A DNA stretch of 64,000 nucleotides from Dehalococcoidia bacterium (GTDB lineage: Bacteria > Chloroflexota > Dehalococcoidia > Lucifugimonadales > UBA3495): assembly GCA_965215975.1 (NCBI GenBank), contig OZ244136.1, positions 2,000,178 through 2,064,177 on the forward strand. The letters run 5' to 3'. The translations under genes and the position numbers were made by a program. A model generated the notes under the pieces. That model had not been told where the DNA came from. It saw only the letters and a program-made list of their open reading frames with translations, and did no database searches. Positions 8,919 to 18,629 of this stretch are shown one piece after another. The number at the start of each line of letters is the position of its first letter. Within the stretch, counting starts at the first letter, position 1.

Positions 8919-9660
8919 ATGGAAAGTCAATTGCCAGAAGCGTTCATTTTTATGCGTGTAGGCAACCACGCTGGAGAAAGTTTCGAATATATTATTGAAA
9001 GGAAATACCGTGAACTTAGCGACGCTGGTAGGATGTTTTGGGGTTATGGAGGAACAACACTACACCCGTTCAAACATGTACAGCCTTTCGCAAGATTGTG
9101 GGTTCAAAGGGGCGGTTCTATACGGATGGTAATGGAGCCAATCGACTCCAAAGCAGACCCTGACATCCTTCCGGCGACCGAATTCTCTGCCGACGGCATT
9201 CAGTGGGAGGCGATTCCCTCAGGGATAGTGGTAACAGGTTCTAGAAGTCTGGCCGGGAACCCCGATTCTCCCCAACCCGCCGTTTTCTTAACGTCGATTG
9301 TCGATGTAACAGTGGGTTCTTGACACGTATTATATACATTACCATGCTGTATAAGACTGGAATACGTCTGCTGGGCGTAGCGCGAAATCCGGCCAATGGC
9401 TTTCCGGCCAGACTTCTAGGTACGCAATTGTGCTTGATGAGATAAAACCGGGTGAGCTAGACCTTGACTTGGCAAAGTACGAGGTAGGTATCGGACCCAG
9501 CCGAGGTCGTAATGCTGCTACATACGTAAAGGGACGGGTCGACAAGGGGTGCTTCGTTGCAACCCAGTCGTCGCAGGAAGCCGCGGAGATTCCACGGCCT
9601 CCGGTAAGGATTGGATTCGAAGCCCGCCTCGCTGAGCCATATGCCGTCATGTTACGTTAA
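8919..9660 (+). pseudogene. Unknown-function protein gene split by a MITE (parts 8919-9244 and 9420-9660)
   Basis: Joining the two parts (one CTAG kept) gives a continuous 567-nt ORF (188 aa): ...GIVVTGSR-YAIVLDEIKPGELDL... No motif recognised. Confidence 0.7.
9241..9419. mobile_element. MITE (179 bp including both CTAG) derived from the IS1182/IS5-like element
   Basis: Perfect terminal inverted repeat CTAGAAGTCTGGCCGG ... CCGGCCAGACTTCTAG. The termini are nearly identical to the IS right end (CTAGAAATCTGGCCGG). It has no coding capacity. Confidence 0.8.
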
Positions 9661-9858
9661 GGGACTTTCTCAATAGCAGAATTACGGGCAAGGTGTAATG
9701 CGCCATGGACGAAAGAACTATTCCCATTAATTACAGAGTCAAGGCCAATTCCCCTATGACAGTGGCGTTTACCTTTCCTGGCTGATGTGCATATCATTTA
9801 GTTGTTCCTGTAACTGCTCAGACTCTTTTCACCCCACCCAATACCACCACCAATACCC

Positions 9859-9886
9859 TTGACACCCCCAAGAGACTGTGATAATT
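9859..9886 (+). promoter_or_regulatory. Candidate sigma70-type promoter of the act operon
   Basis: TTGACA (9859-9864), 15-17 nt spacer, TGTGATAAT-like extended -10 (9877-9886). Confidence 0.35.
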
Positions 9887-9962
9887 TTCACTAGGTTTGC
9901 CGACCGGGGGGTTTTCACATACGCCCCGGAATTCGATCAGGAACTCAACCAAGGCAGGACTA

Positions 9963-10259
9963 ATGGGCGATCCGAATGCGCTAACCAACATAGACTGGGT
10001 CAACATCAGCAATTGGCTCACTATGTACTGGATTGCTTTCCCCCTGGTTATCATTACCGCCTTCACCCTCATGACGGCCCTCGCATTTATTCCTTCGGCA
10101 GTCCAAACGGGGCATTTGCCGCAGGGGTTTATCCACCTGCGATGGCCGATGGTCATTTTTGCCGTTGCGGTGTGGGTGGTCGCGTGGATTTTCTGGGTCT
10201 CGGTGATGTTGTTGAGCCCGGATATGCTGGGCAATATCTACGACAGGTTCCTGGTATAG
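9963..10259 (+). CDS. Small integral membrane protein (3 hydrophobic helices), first gene of the act cluster
   Basis: ORF with an internal ATG (MGDPNALTNIDW...) followed by three hydrophobic stretches. Function unknown. Confidence 0.45.
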   Translation: MGDPNALTNIDWVNISNWLTMYWIAFPLVIITAFTLMTALAFIPSAVQTGHLPQGFIHLRWPMVIFAVAVWVVAWIFWVSVMLLSPDMLGNIYDRFLV

Positions 10260-10388
10260 GTTCATTAAGGAAGCAGCCCTGGAGGGTAGCTTTCCTTACT
10301 CTTGTAAGTCAGGGTCTCCGGCAATGTCCGGGGCCCGCCGGAACAGTCAGTCCGGCTGGAAACTAGATATAGGCAGGTTTTGGCGCCG

Positions 10389-11051
10389 ATGAGGCCAAGC
10401 GCAAATATAATCCCACTGGCTCTTGCAGGATTGGTCGTCACCGGCATTGTTGGTTTCCTGGTTGCTATCCTCTTTATGTCCTGGTTTTCCACTCCGCCAT
10501 TTGGCCTGGGCAATGCCCCCGCCCAACCCATCGATTTCCCCCACACAGTACACGCCGGTACCGTCGAAGAGGGCGGGGTCGGAATTGCCTGTGAGTTCTG
10601 CCACCGCAACGTAACCGAGGGCGCCGCCGCAACGGTGCCGGCAGTGGAGCAATGCGTCTTCTGCCACAAGCAGATCAATCCCGAGAATCTGGTCGCTTCC
10701 ACCAGCGTTGACCAGGATGAGATGCAGCTGGTGGTGGACAAGTTCAATGACAACGACCCGATTAACTGGGAACGGGTACATCGAATACCCGACCACGTCA
10801 GGTTTGTCCACGAAGCCCACATTCGGTTCCTGACCGAGGGTGAGTCGCGGATAGTGGCTATGCCTATCGGCGACGGACTGCCAACGCAGTTGCCACTTAA
10901 CACGCAACAGGCCTGTTCGGTCTGCCACGGCGATGTGGCAAGCATGAGGGAAGTCCAGCCAACGGGGGGACAGTCCCTGAAGATGGGCACCTGCGTGGAT
11001 TGTCATCGCGAACTGAACGTGGGCACCGACTGCACCATCTGTCATAAGTAG
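10389..11051 (+). CDS. actA: Alternative complex III subunit ActA, pentaheme cytochrome c
   Basis: N-terminal TM helix plus five CXXCH motifs (CEFCH, CVFCH, CSVCH, CVDCH, CTICH). Confidence 0.8.
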   Translation: MRPSANIIPLALAGLVVTGIVGFLVAILFMSWFSTPPFGLGNAPAQPIDFPHTVHAGTVEEGGVGIACEFCHRNVTEGAAATVPAVEQCVFCHKQINPENLVASTSVDQDEMQLVVDKFNDNDPINWERVHRIPDHVRFVHEAHIRFLTEGESRIVAMPIGDGLPTQLPLNTQQACSVCHGDVASMREVQPTGGQSLKMGTCVDCHRELNVGTDCTICHK

Positions 11052-11116
11052 GCCTGAAACAAACGATTCCGTAAGAGACATTCGGCACTAGCGAAACTGA
11101 GCGAAGGCATCATCGT

Positions 11117-13408
11117 ATGAAATTAACACGGCGCAATTTCCTGGCCTGGGCCGGCCTCTCCGCCATCGGAGCAGTAGCCTGCGATGTCATCCAGGACGAG
11201 GAACTGAGCCTCCAAAGCCCGCGGGACCTGCCCGAGGACCTGGTTAAGGGCAGGGACAACTGGTACGCCACCCTGGGTCGGAACGCCACCGACGGCGAGG
11301 GTGTGATCGTGCGGGTTATGGAAGGCCGCGCCAAGAAGATACAGGGCAACCCCAAGTACCCGGTTAACGAGGGCAAGCAAAGCGTTCGCTCCGAGGCTGG
11401 GCTGCAGGCCCTGTACCATCCAGACCGGATTGCCGGCCCCATGCAGCGGACGGGCCCGCGGGGTTCGGGGCAGTACCGGTCAATCCAGTGGGAGCCCGAT
11501 GCGCTGGACATCCTGCGACGGGAGTTGCGGGCGCGCAGCCAGGGCATGGTTTTGATTACTGAGCCGCTGCGGGGTCACTTGGGAATGATCGCCGACCGGT
11601 TCGCATCCTCGGCCGGCGGACGCCACCTGGGCTTCGAGGCCCTGGATGACACCACTTATCGCTCCGCCATTAAGGACGTATTCGGCCAGGAACGGCTGCC
11701 CGATTTCGATATTGGCAACGCCAATTACGTGATTTCCTTCGGCGCCGATTTCCTCTCCACCTGGGGTGCGTCAACCCGTTTTGCCAAGGCCTACGGAGAG
11801 TTCCGGCAGGGCGCCAACCGGCAGGATCGGGGCTACCTGGTGCACGTTGACCCCCGCTTTTCCATGACCGCAGCCAACGCCGACGAGTGGCTGCCCATCA
11901 AGCCGGGCATGGAGGGCTACCTGGCCCTGAGCCTGGCCTACGTGATCATCAGCGAGGGGATGCAGGCCCAGGGCGTGGACGTTGATGCCCTGACCAACGG
12001 GCAGGGCGCGGCAGCGCTGGAGGCCTTTGCTCCAGAGCGAATCGCCGGACAGCTGGGCATTCCCGAGGGAGTACACCAGAGCAAGTCAGGCGCCGAGAAG
12101 ATTCGTGACCTGGCCAACAGCTTCAGCCATCACGGACCCGCAATCGCTTTGGGTGGCGGTAGTGCCGGGGCCCACAGTAACGGCCGGTTCAACTTGGCCG
12201 CCATCTATGCCCTCAACTATTTGGTCGGCAGCGTCGGCGCCAAGGGCGGTGTCCGATTCAATCCAGGCAGCATCCTAAGTAGCCTGCCGTCGGCAGCAAA
12301 TGTGGGAAGTGTCCAGGATTGGTCCGGCGTAGCCAACGACATACGCAACGGCACCACCAGAATGGTGCTGGTGCATGATGCCAATCCGGTTCACGGACTG
12401 CCCTCCTCCCTGGCATTTGAGAACGCATTGAATAGGGATGACCTGTTCATTGTGAGTTTCTCGTCGTTCATGGACGAGACTACGATTATGGCGGACCTGA
12501 TTCTGCCCGACCGCGTGTTTCTGGAGGGCTGGGGTGACGACATTCCCGAGCCGGGTCCCGGTTACCGGGTAATCGGTATGCAGCAGCCCGTGGTCAACCC
12601 GCTGAGCGACTTGGACCCCCGCAGTTTTGGAGATCTGCTTCTCAGCATGGCCCAGGAGTTGGGACTGGAAAGTGAGTTGCCGTGGCCCAGTGTCGAGGCG
12701 GCCCTTAAGGAAAGCACAGAAGCTCTTTACAAGACGGGGCAGGGATCATCCCGGCAAGCGGCATCGGCCGGAGACCTCTGGAACCTTATGCTGCAGCAGG
12801 GTGGCTGGTGGGACGAAGATGCCACCGGACCCACGCCCTCTGCGCCGGCCGGTCTTTTGAGCAATATTGCCAGCCAGGGCCGGGAGCCGGGCTATTCCGG
12901 CAGCGGCGAATTTTACCTGCAACCCTTTTCCCATAACTCATTGTTGGACGGGCGCAATGCCCACATTCCCTGGATGCAGGGTTTGCCCGATCCCATTACC
13001 ACGGTTACGTGGCAGACGTGGGTTGAGTTGAACATCCACAAGGCCGAGCAGATGGGACTGCGCGAGGGTGATGTAGTCCGGGTGCAAACGGACAGCGGGA
13101 CTATTACGGGACTGCTGTATCCCAATCCTGCGCTGCCGCCCAATGTTGTGGCTGTGCCCCTGGGTCAGGGACGGCGCAGCGGGTCCGACTACGCCACCGG
13201 AGGCGATCCGCGGGAAAGTTCCAACGCAATTGACTTGCTTTCGGCCGGTCATTTGACGGAAAACGGTTCTCTGGCCTGGGCCGGACACATGGCAAGGGTT
13301 ACGCCCACCGGCGAGAGTTTGAAGATTTCCAAGTTCGAGGGCATATTCCCGGCGCGCGAGGTCGGGCTTACCCCGGGCGAGGAAATCGTAAAGGTTACGA
13401 ACCAGTAA
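11117..13408 (+). CDS. actB: ACIII ActB1, molybdopterin-oxidoreductase-like subunit with Tat signal
   Basis: Twin-arginine leader MKLTRRNFLAWAGLSAIGAVA. 763-aa DMSO-reductase-family fold, located between the pentaheme and FeS genes. Confidence 0.8.
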   Translation: MKLTRRNFLAWAGLSAIGAVACDVIQDEELSLQSPRDLPEDLVKGRDNWYATLGRNATDGEGVIVRVMEGRAKKIQGNPKYPVNEGKQSVRSEAGLQALYHPDRIAGPMQRTGPRGSGQYRSIQWEPDALDILRRELRARSQGMVLITEPLRGHLGMIADRFASSAGGRHLGFEALDDTTYRSAIKDVFGQERLPDFDIGNANYVISFGADFLSTWGASTRFAKAYGEFRQGANRQDRGYLVHVDPRFSMTAANADEWLPIKPGMEGYLALSLAYVIISEGMQAQGVDVDALTNGQGAAALEAFAPERIAGQLGIPEGVHQSKSGAEKIRDLANSFSHHGPAIALGGGSAGAHSNGRFNLAAIYALNYLVGSVGAKGGVRFNPGSILSSLPSAANVGSVQDWSGVANDIRNGTTRMVLVHDANPVHGLPSSLAFENALNRDDLFIVSFSSFMDETTIMADLILPDRVFLEGWGDDIPEPGPGYRVIGMQQPVVNPLSDLDPRSFGDLLLSMAQELGLESELPWPSVEAALKESTEALYKTGQGSSRQAASAGDLWNLMLQQGGWWDEDATGPTPSAPAGLLSNIASQGREPGYSGSGEFYLQPFSHNSLLDGRNAHIPWMQGLPDPITTVTWQTWVELNIHKAEQMGLREGDVVRVQTDSGTITGLLYPNPALPPNVVAVPLGQGRRSGSDYATGGDPRESSNAIDLLSAGHLTENGSLAWAGHMARVTPTGESLKISKFEGIFPAREVGLTPGEEIVKVTNQ

Positions 13409-13549
13409 TTGACACAGGGTTGGCGATTTCCCAACCTTCTGGATAGTGGCTATTCGCGAGCTTACTGAGTTCTTGGTGTCCAAGACGGCGCCCTTAGAAA
13501 AACTCAGAGTAAGCGAACAGCGAGTCGGTCGACCAAAACGGGGAGGATA

Positions 13550-14341
13550 ATGGTTACCAGCCGAGTTGAACACAAATGGGGCATGGTCGTTGACCTGGAC
13601 CGCTGCAATGGCTGTCAGGCCTGCGTGGTGGCTTGCCAGGTAGAGAACAACCTGCCCATTAATGACAAGAACTCCTTCCTGCAAAATCGGGCCTACGAGT
13701 GGATCCGGATTGAGCGGTACTGGGAGGGGGATTACCCCAACATCAAGGCTCGTTTCATTCCGGTCCTGTGCCAGCACTGTGAGAACGCGCCCTGCGAACC
13801 GGTGTGCCCGGTTTTCGCAACCTACCACAACGACGAGGGACTGAACGTCCAGCTCTATAACCGCTGTGTGGGCACCAGGTATTGCATCAACAACTGCCCT
13901 TACCAGGTGCGGTTCTTTAACTACTGGCACCCAAACTGGCCGGAGCGACTGCAGAATCAGTTGAATCCTGACGTAACGGTACGGACCCGGGGAATCACCG
14001 AAAAGTGCACTTTCTGCATTCAGCGCCTGCGCCGGGGACAGTTGCAGGTGGAGCGCCGGGGCGGCGGCACACTGAACGACAGCACGTTGAATTCCGGCAA
14101 CCACATGCCGGCTTGCGTTCAGGCCTGCCCCACCAACGCTCTGACTTTCGGCGACCAGAACGATGTCAACAGTCCCATCAACCCCTACTTTGCGGATGTT
14201 AACAAGTACGACGTTCACCACGAGCACGAACGAAAGACTCGCGGCTACCGTCTGCTGGAAGAAATGAATACCAAACCAAACCTGATCTACCTGAAGAAGG
14301 TTGATCCCAACGCGGCGAGCAGTGGCGGAAATCATGGCTAG
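13550..14341 (+). CDS. actB: ACIII ActB2, 4Fe-4S ferredoxin-type iron-sulfur subunit (PsrB/NrfC-like)
   Basis: Several CxxCxxCxxxC clusters (CNGCQACVVAC, CQHCENAPCEPVC, CVGTRYCINNC, CTFCIQR...CVQAC). Confidence 0.8.
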   Translation: MVTSRVEHKWGMVVDLDRCNGCQACVVACQVENNLPINDKNSFLQNRAYEWIRIERYWEGDYPNIKARFIPVLCQHCENAPCEPVCPVFATYHNDEGLNVQLYNRCVGTRYCINNCPYQVRFFNYWHPNWPERLQNQLNPDVTVRTRGITEKCTFCIQRLRRGQLQVERRGGGTLNDSTLNSGNHMPACVQACPTNALTFGDQNDVNSPINPYFADVNKYDVHHEHERKTRGYRLLEEMNTKPNLIYLKKVDPNAASSGGNHG

Positions 14342-15755
14342 TAGCACCGAACACCACGGGGGTGGGCAGCACGCTGGAATGTGGGTTTTCCCCAAGCTGG
14401 AAGAGATAACGTCCGACGTCTCGGGCAAGACCTTTTCCATGCCCTCCGGATACAAGCTGGCCTTGGGGATAGCCTTTATACTGACAGCCCTTGGAGTGGT
14501 TGGCTTCTTTATCCGCGCTACCACCGACGGCTTTGGCGAAACCGGACCTTGGGGCTACTACGCAGGAATCTTCTCTTTCATCTTTATGGTAACCGGGGCG
14601 GCCCCCCTGGTGGCGGCGGCTTTCCGGTTCACCAAAAGCCACTGGCGGCGTCCCGTGTCCCGGGTAGCGGAGTTGTTCGCCGTCGTGGGCGTGGTTAACG
14701 TTGTCCTTTTCATTCCCCTGATGCTGGCAATGCCGCCGATTAAGAATCCGGAAGTGGTCGGTTCCGAGCTTGAGGTGCGCCGCACCCTGTGGTTTGAGGT
14801 TCCCATCGGCGCTCCATATTATTGGGACTTCCTTTGCTTCGTGGGGCTGGCCTTCTGCAGCATGGCGATACTGTGGCTTTCAGCCACGCCGGACATGGCC
14901 CAGGCCCGCGCAACGGCGACAGGCTTCCGCCGCGGACTTTATTCCGCGCTTGCCGGCTGGTGGTACGGGACCAAGCGGCAGTGGAACCATCAGAAGGCGG
15001 GCCTTGCCTTGCTGGGCGCCTTCTACTTCATGCTGCTGATTTTCGTGCAGTTTATTTTCGTCACCGAGTTTGCCATGAGCATGGTGCCGGGCTGGAAGGA
15101 CTCGGTACTGCCCCCCATGTACACGGTGATGGGCTTCCAGACCTCACTGGGGCTGATCCTGATAGTCCTGTTCGTGATGCGCAAGTGGGGCGGGTACGAG
15201 ACCTACCTGGGCAAGTCGCCTTTCTGGTCAGCCAGCAAGATTCTTCTGGGCCTGACCCTGCTCTGGACTTATCACCTGTTTGCGTTCTTTATTACTTATT
15301 GGTATGGCCGCCTGGAGGTGGAGCAGAATATTCTCAAGTACGTGTTCACCCAGCCTTACCTGCTGGTGTTCCTGGCGAATATGCTGTTCAGCTTCCTGGT
15401 CCCCTTCCTGATGCTTATCTGGAATCCCTTGCGCCGCAGCGCCTGGGGGCCGTCCCTGGCGGGCCTGTCTGCTCTGTTTGGGTCACTGCTGTTTAACCTC
15501 AGGACTTTCGTGGCAGGATTCAACGTGGAAAACCATTATGAGTTCGCCCTGTCCCACGTCGCGCCGGCTGTTTTGCCCGACATATGGGATATATGCATAG
15601 TCCTGGGCGGTCTGGGGCTAGTTGCACTGGTGTATTTGCTGGCAGCCAAGGTCATCCCCTTAATGTCCATCTGGGAAGTGAAGGAAGGGACCCTCTACCA
15701 GAAATGGGAGCCCTTTGTCCACAGTGAGTACCTGGTACTGGGCAAGCCGGAATAA
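14334..15755 (+). CDS. NrfD-family polytopic membrane subunit (ActF/ActC-like)
   Basis: ~470 aa, about 10 hydrophobic helices, PsrC/NrfD-like. The ATG at 14334 overlaps the actB2 stop. Confidence 0.75.
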   Translation: MASSTEHHGGGQHAGMWVFPKLEEITSDVSGKTFSMPSGYKLALGIAFILTALGVVGFFIRATTDGFGETGPWGYYAGIFSFIFMVTGAAPLVAAAFRFTKSHWRRPVSRVAELFAVVGVVNVVLFIPLMLAMPPIKNPEVVGSELEVRRTLWFEVPIGAPYYWDFLCFVGLAFCSMAILWLSATPDMAQARATATGFRRGLYSALAGWWYGTKRQWNHQKAGLALLGAFYFMLLIFVQFIFVTEFAMSMVPGWKDSVLPPMYTVMGFQTSLGLILIVLFVMRKWGGYETYLGKSPFWSASKILLGLTLLWTYHLFAFFITYWYGRLEVEQNILKYVFTQPYLLVFLANMLFSFLVPFLMLIWNPLRRSAWGPSLAGLSALFGSLLFNLRTFVAGFNVENHYEFALSHVAPAVLPDIWDICIVLGGLGLVALVYLLAAKVIPLMSIWEVKEGTLYQKWEPFVHSEYLVLGKPE

Positions 15756-15871
15756 TCAGTCCGGAAAGTCAAACGAAATAGATTATAGATAAAGGGACGG
15801 GGATTGACCCGTTGATTGGGGCCGCTGTAGGGGCCCCGGAACCAAGCAAAGGAAGGTAAGCAGGAGCTTCC

Positions 15872-17248
15872 ATGCAGGAAGGCAGAGTCCTAAGTACAAG
15901 AGAAGTGAACCGGGATTTGCTCCGGTCAATCCTGGATACACCCCGGTGGTTCTGGCCGGTGGTGACGGTCCTTGGCCTGATCCTGCTGGTGGCCTCCATC
16001 GCCATCGGCATTATGGTCAATCGGGGCCTGGGCGTTACGGGCCTGAACCGTCCGGTGGCATGGGGCTTCTTCATCACAAATTTCGTGTTTTGGATCGGTA
16101 TCAGCCACGCCGGCGTGATGCTTTCCGCGATTTTGCGGTTGGCCAAAGCTGAATGGCGTCGGCCAGCCACCCGCGCCGCCGAGGTCTTGACCCTGTTCTC
16201 CCTGATGACGGCGATGATTATGCCCATCGTCCACACCGGTCGGCCCTGGCGCATCCTTTACTGGGTGTTTCCTTATGACTTTGCCCGCGGCATTTGGCCC
16301 AACATCCGGACGCCGCTGGTCTGGGACCCCAGCGCAATTCTGACCTACCTGACCTCCAGCACCCTGTTCGTTGTCATCGCCCTGGTTCCCGACTTTGCGG
16401 TGCTGCGGGATCACACCACTGGCATTGCCCACCGGGTATATTCCGTGCTGGCCATGGGCTGGGAGGGTAACGCCCGGCAATGGAAGCTGCAAATTTTGGC
16501 CGGTGTGCTGCTGTCGGCGCTGATCCTGCCCGTGTTCGTCTCGGTGCACAGCATAGTGTCCTGGGACTTCGGTATGGCGGCGTCGGTCAAGTCCTGGCAC
16601 TCCACCGTGTTCGCTCCCTACTTCGTGGTTGGCGCTGTCCACTCTGGCGTGTCGGCAGTGGCCTTCGTTCTCATCCTGCTGCGCTGGTGCTACGGCTGGC
16701 AGGACTACATCCGCCACGAGCACATCGACGCCCTGGGACGGTTGCTCATAGTGGTGGCTACGGGCTGGTTCTACTTCCTGGTCATGGAGATCGTGTTCGG
16801 CATGTACGGGCGGGAAGCAGACGAGTTGATGGTCAGGCAGACCCAGTTTACGTACTGGCCCTACAATGCGTGGTTCATCATATTCATCGTTACCACGTAC
16901 TTCATACCCGTGATACTGTGGCTGAGCCGGGCTTGGCGGCGCAACCTGTGGATAATGTCTCTGGCGTGTATCTCGGTAAACATCGGCATGTGGCTGGAGC
17001 GTTTCCTGATTATCGTGCCGGGCCTTATTAACAAGCAATTGTTCACCTTCGTGTGGGCCGATTACAGGCCCAGCATATTCGAGATAATCATCGTGGCGTC
17101 AACATTTGCCCTGGTGACCATGTTGATGCTCCTGTTCAGCCGCGTGTTCCCCCTGGTACCGTTGTACGACGTGAAGGAAGGGGATGTGCTGAAGACCCGG
17201 ATACAGATAGGTCGCCGGACGGTTCCGGCAACATTCAGAGAAGATTAG
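15872..17248 (+). CDS. actC: ACIII ActC, NrfD-like quinol-binding membrane subunit
   Basis: Conserved N-terminal region ...VAWGFFITNFVFWIGISHAGVMLSAILRLAKAEWRRP... typical of ActC as I recall it. Confidence 0.8.
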   Translation: MQEGRVLSTREVNRDLLRSILDTPRWFWPVVTVLGLILLVASIAIGIMVNRGLGVTGLNRPVAWGFFITNFVFWIGISHAGVMLSAILRLAKAEWRRPATRAAEVLTLFSLMTAMIMPIVHTGRPWRILYWVFPYDFARGIWPNIRTPLVWDPSAILTYLTSSTLFVVIALVPDFAVLRDHTTGIAHRVYSVLAMGWEGNARQWKLQILAGVLLSALILPVFVSVHSIVSWDFGMAASVKSWHSTVFAPYFVVGAVHSGVSAVAFVLILLRWCYGWQDYIRHEHIDALGRLLIVVATGWFYFLVMEIVFGMYGREADELMVRQTQFTYWPYNAWFIIFIVTTYFIPVILWLSRAWRRNLWIMSLACISVNIGMWLERFLIIVPGLINKQLFTFVWADYRPSIFEIIIVASTFALVTMLMLLFSRVFPLVPLYDVKEGDVLKTRIQIGRRTVPATFRED

Positions 17249-17302
17249 TCCCTGCCGATTGGCAGGAGGGACACCGAGGTAAAGGTAGAGAGGTTATAAG
17301 TT

Positions 17303-17809
17303 ATGGCAAGACGTCCTATATTGGGGTTGTTTGACAACGCCAATTCCGCCGCCGATGCGGGCGACGGGCTGAGGCGGGCCGGTATTCCCGAAACCGACGT
17401 GGATTTCTTGACGGATGCTCCCTATCCGGAAGGAGCTTTCGGGGAACGGGAGGAGCCGCACAAGCTGTATATTTTCCCGTTTATTGGGGCGCTGCTGGGT
17501 CTGACCTCCGGCATCCTGCTCACCTCGATGACCCAGGTGGCATATCCCCTCGTTACCGGCGGCAAGCCCATCCTTTCCATACCACCCATGGCGGTGGTGT
17601 GCTACGAAGGCACCATGCTGGGCGCAATTCTGTTCACGGTGCTGGGCATTATTTTCGAGTCCCGCCTGCCCAAGCTAAAGGCCGGCCTCTACGACACCCG
17701 GATTACTGAGGGGCACATCGGGGTGCTGGTGAACACCGAAGAAACGCAGCATGGCGCAGTAGAGGGAGTGTTCGGCCAGACCGGGGCCATCGACATTAAA
17801 ACGCAGTGA
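17303..17809 (+). CDS. actD: ACIII ActD (DUF3341-type membrane subunit)
   Basis: 168 aa. Soluble N-terminal domain (ILGLFDNANSAADAGDGLRRAG) followed by two TM helices, in the position after actC. Confidence 0.75.
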   Translation: MARRPILGLFDNANSAADAGDGLRRAGIPETDVDFLTDAPYPEGAFGEREEPHKLYIFPFIGALLGLTSGILLTSMTQVAYPLVTGGKPILSIPPMAVVCYEGTMLGAILFTVLGIIFESRLPKLKAGLYDTRITEGHIGVLVNTEETQHGAVEGVFGQTGAIDIKTQ

Positions 17810-18002
17810 CGTCGCTGGCAACAATAGCTCTGACGGAACAGCTCTGAAGAGAAGTCTGAACGGCAGCGGTCAACTTCCTTTGCTTCGTGGGAACGAAGGC
17901 TTACCCTAACTATCTGTACAATCAGGCGGAGCAGCAGGCCAAGTTACTTAAGGAAACAGGAATAGCCGGAGACCGGACGTAACCGGTAGAAGGCAGCCAA
18001 AA

Positions 18003-18557
18003 ATGAGCAAACTTTCTGGAAAACTAATGAACCTGAACCTGTTATCAAGGGTGCGCTGGTTCCGCACCAGGACTTACCTGGGCGGATTGGCCTTGCTGGT
18101 AGGTATCCTGGCGCTGGGTTGTTCCCAGGGCTCGTACCCGCTGGACATCTTCTATGAGATGCATTACCAGCCTTCGCATAAGGCCAGCGAGCCGCCTCGG
18201 TTGAGCGCTCCGGAGAGCGCGGTGCCCTTCTACTCGATGCAGGCTTCCAACCATGATGGCGAAGACCTTTACAACATCAACTGCTCAATGTGCCACGGGG
18301 CCCAGGGCAAGGGTGACGGGCCGGTACTGGTCAAGATGATGGAGACCTACGGCTATAACCCCACCGTCCCCGCCGACTTGACGGCCATTGATGACCCCCT
18401 GATGATTGCCAAGGATACTGCCGGGGTAACCAACATCATGACCGGCGGCTTGACGGTCATGCCCAGCTTCTCCAAGCTGCTGACCCAGGAACAAATAGAT
18501 GCGGTGGCCCGCTACGTGGTGGACTGCCTGCAGGGAACAAACCCGTCTGGTTGTTAA
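18003..18557 (+). CDS. actE: ACIII ActE-like monoheme cytochrome c (lipoprotein-like leader)
   Basis: Signal/lipobox-like LALGCSQG, a single CSMCH heme motif and a distal Met region. Confidence 0.7.
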   Translation: MSKLSGKLMNLNLLSRVRWFRTRTYLGGLALLVGILALGCSQGSYPLDIFYEMHYQPSHKASEPPRLSAPESAVPFYSMQASNHDGEDLYNINCSMCHGAQGKGDGPVLVKMMETYGYNPTVPADLTAIDDPLMIAKDTAGVTNIMTGGLTVMPSFSKLLTQEQIDAVARYVVDCLQGTNPSGC

Positions 18558-18629
18558 GGAATGTGCCGGTTTCGACGGTATGAGGACAGGTAAACAAGAG
18601 GAACGGAGAGTTCTCTAACCGTTCCGAGT

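Noticed and set aside
12938-14524. 528-aa minus-strand ORF, the longest unexplained ORF in the track
   Set aside because: It lies entirely antisense to actB1/actB2. Its translation is Arg/Gly/Pro/Val-rich low-complexity sequence, typical of the opposite frame of high-GC genes, and the sense strand carries clear Tat, FeS and Mo-oxidoreductase motifs.
15926-17038. 370-aa minus-strand ORF opposite actC
   Set aside because: Antisense to a well-supported NrfD-like membrane protein. The product is His/Gln/Pro/Gly-rich with no hydrophobic core.
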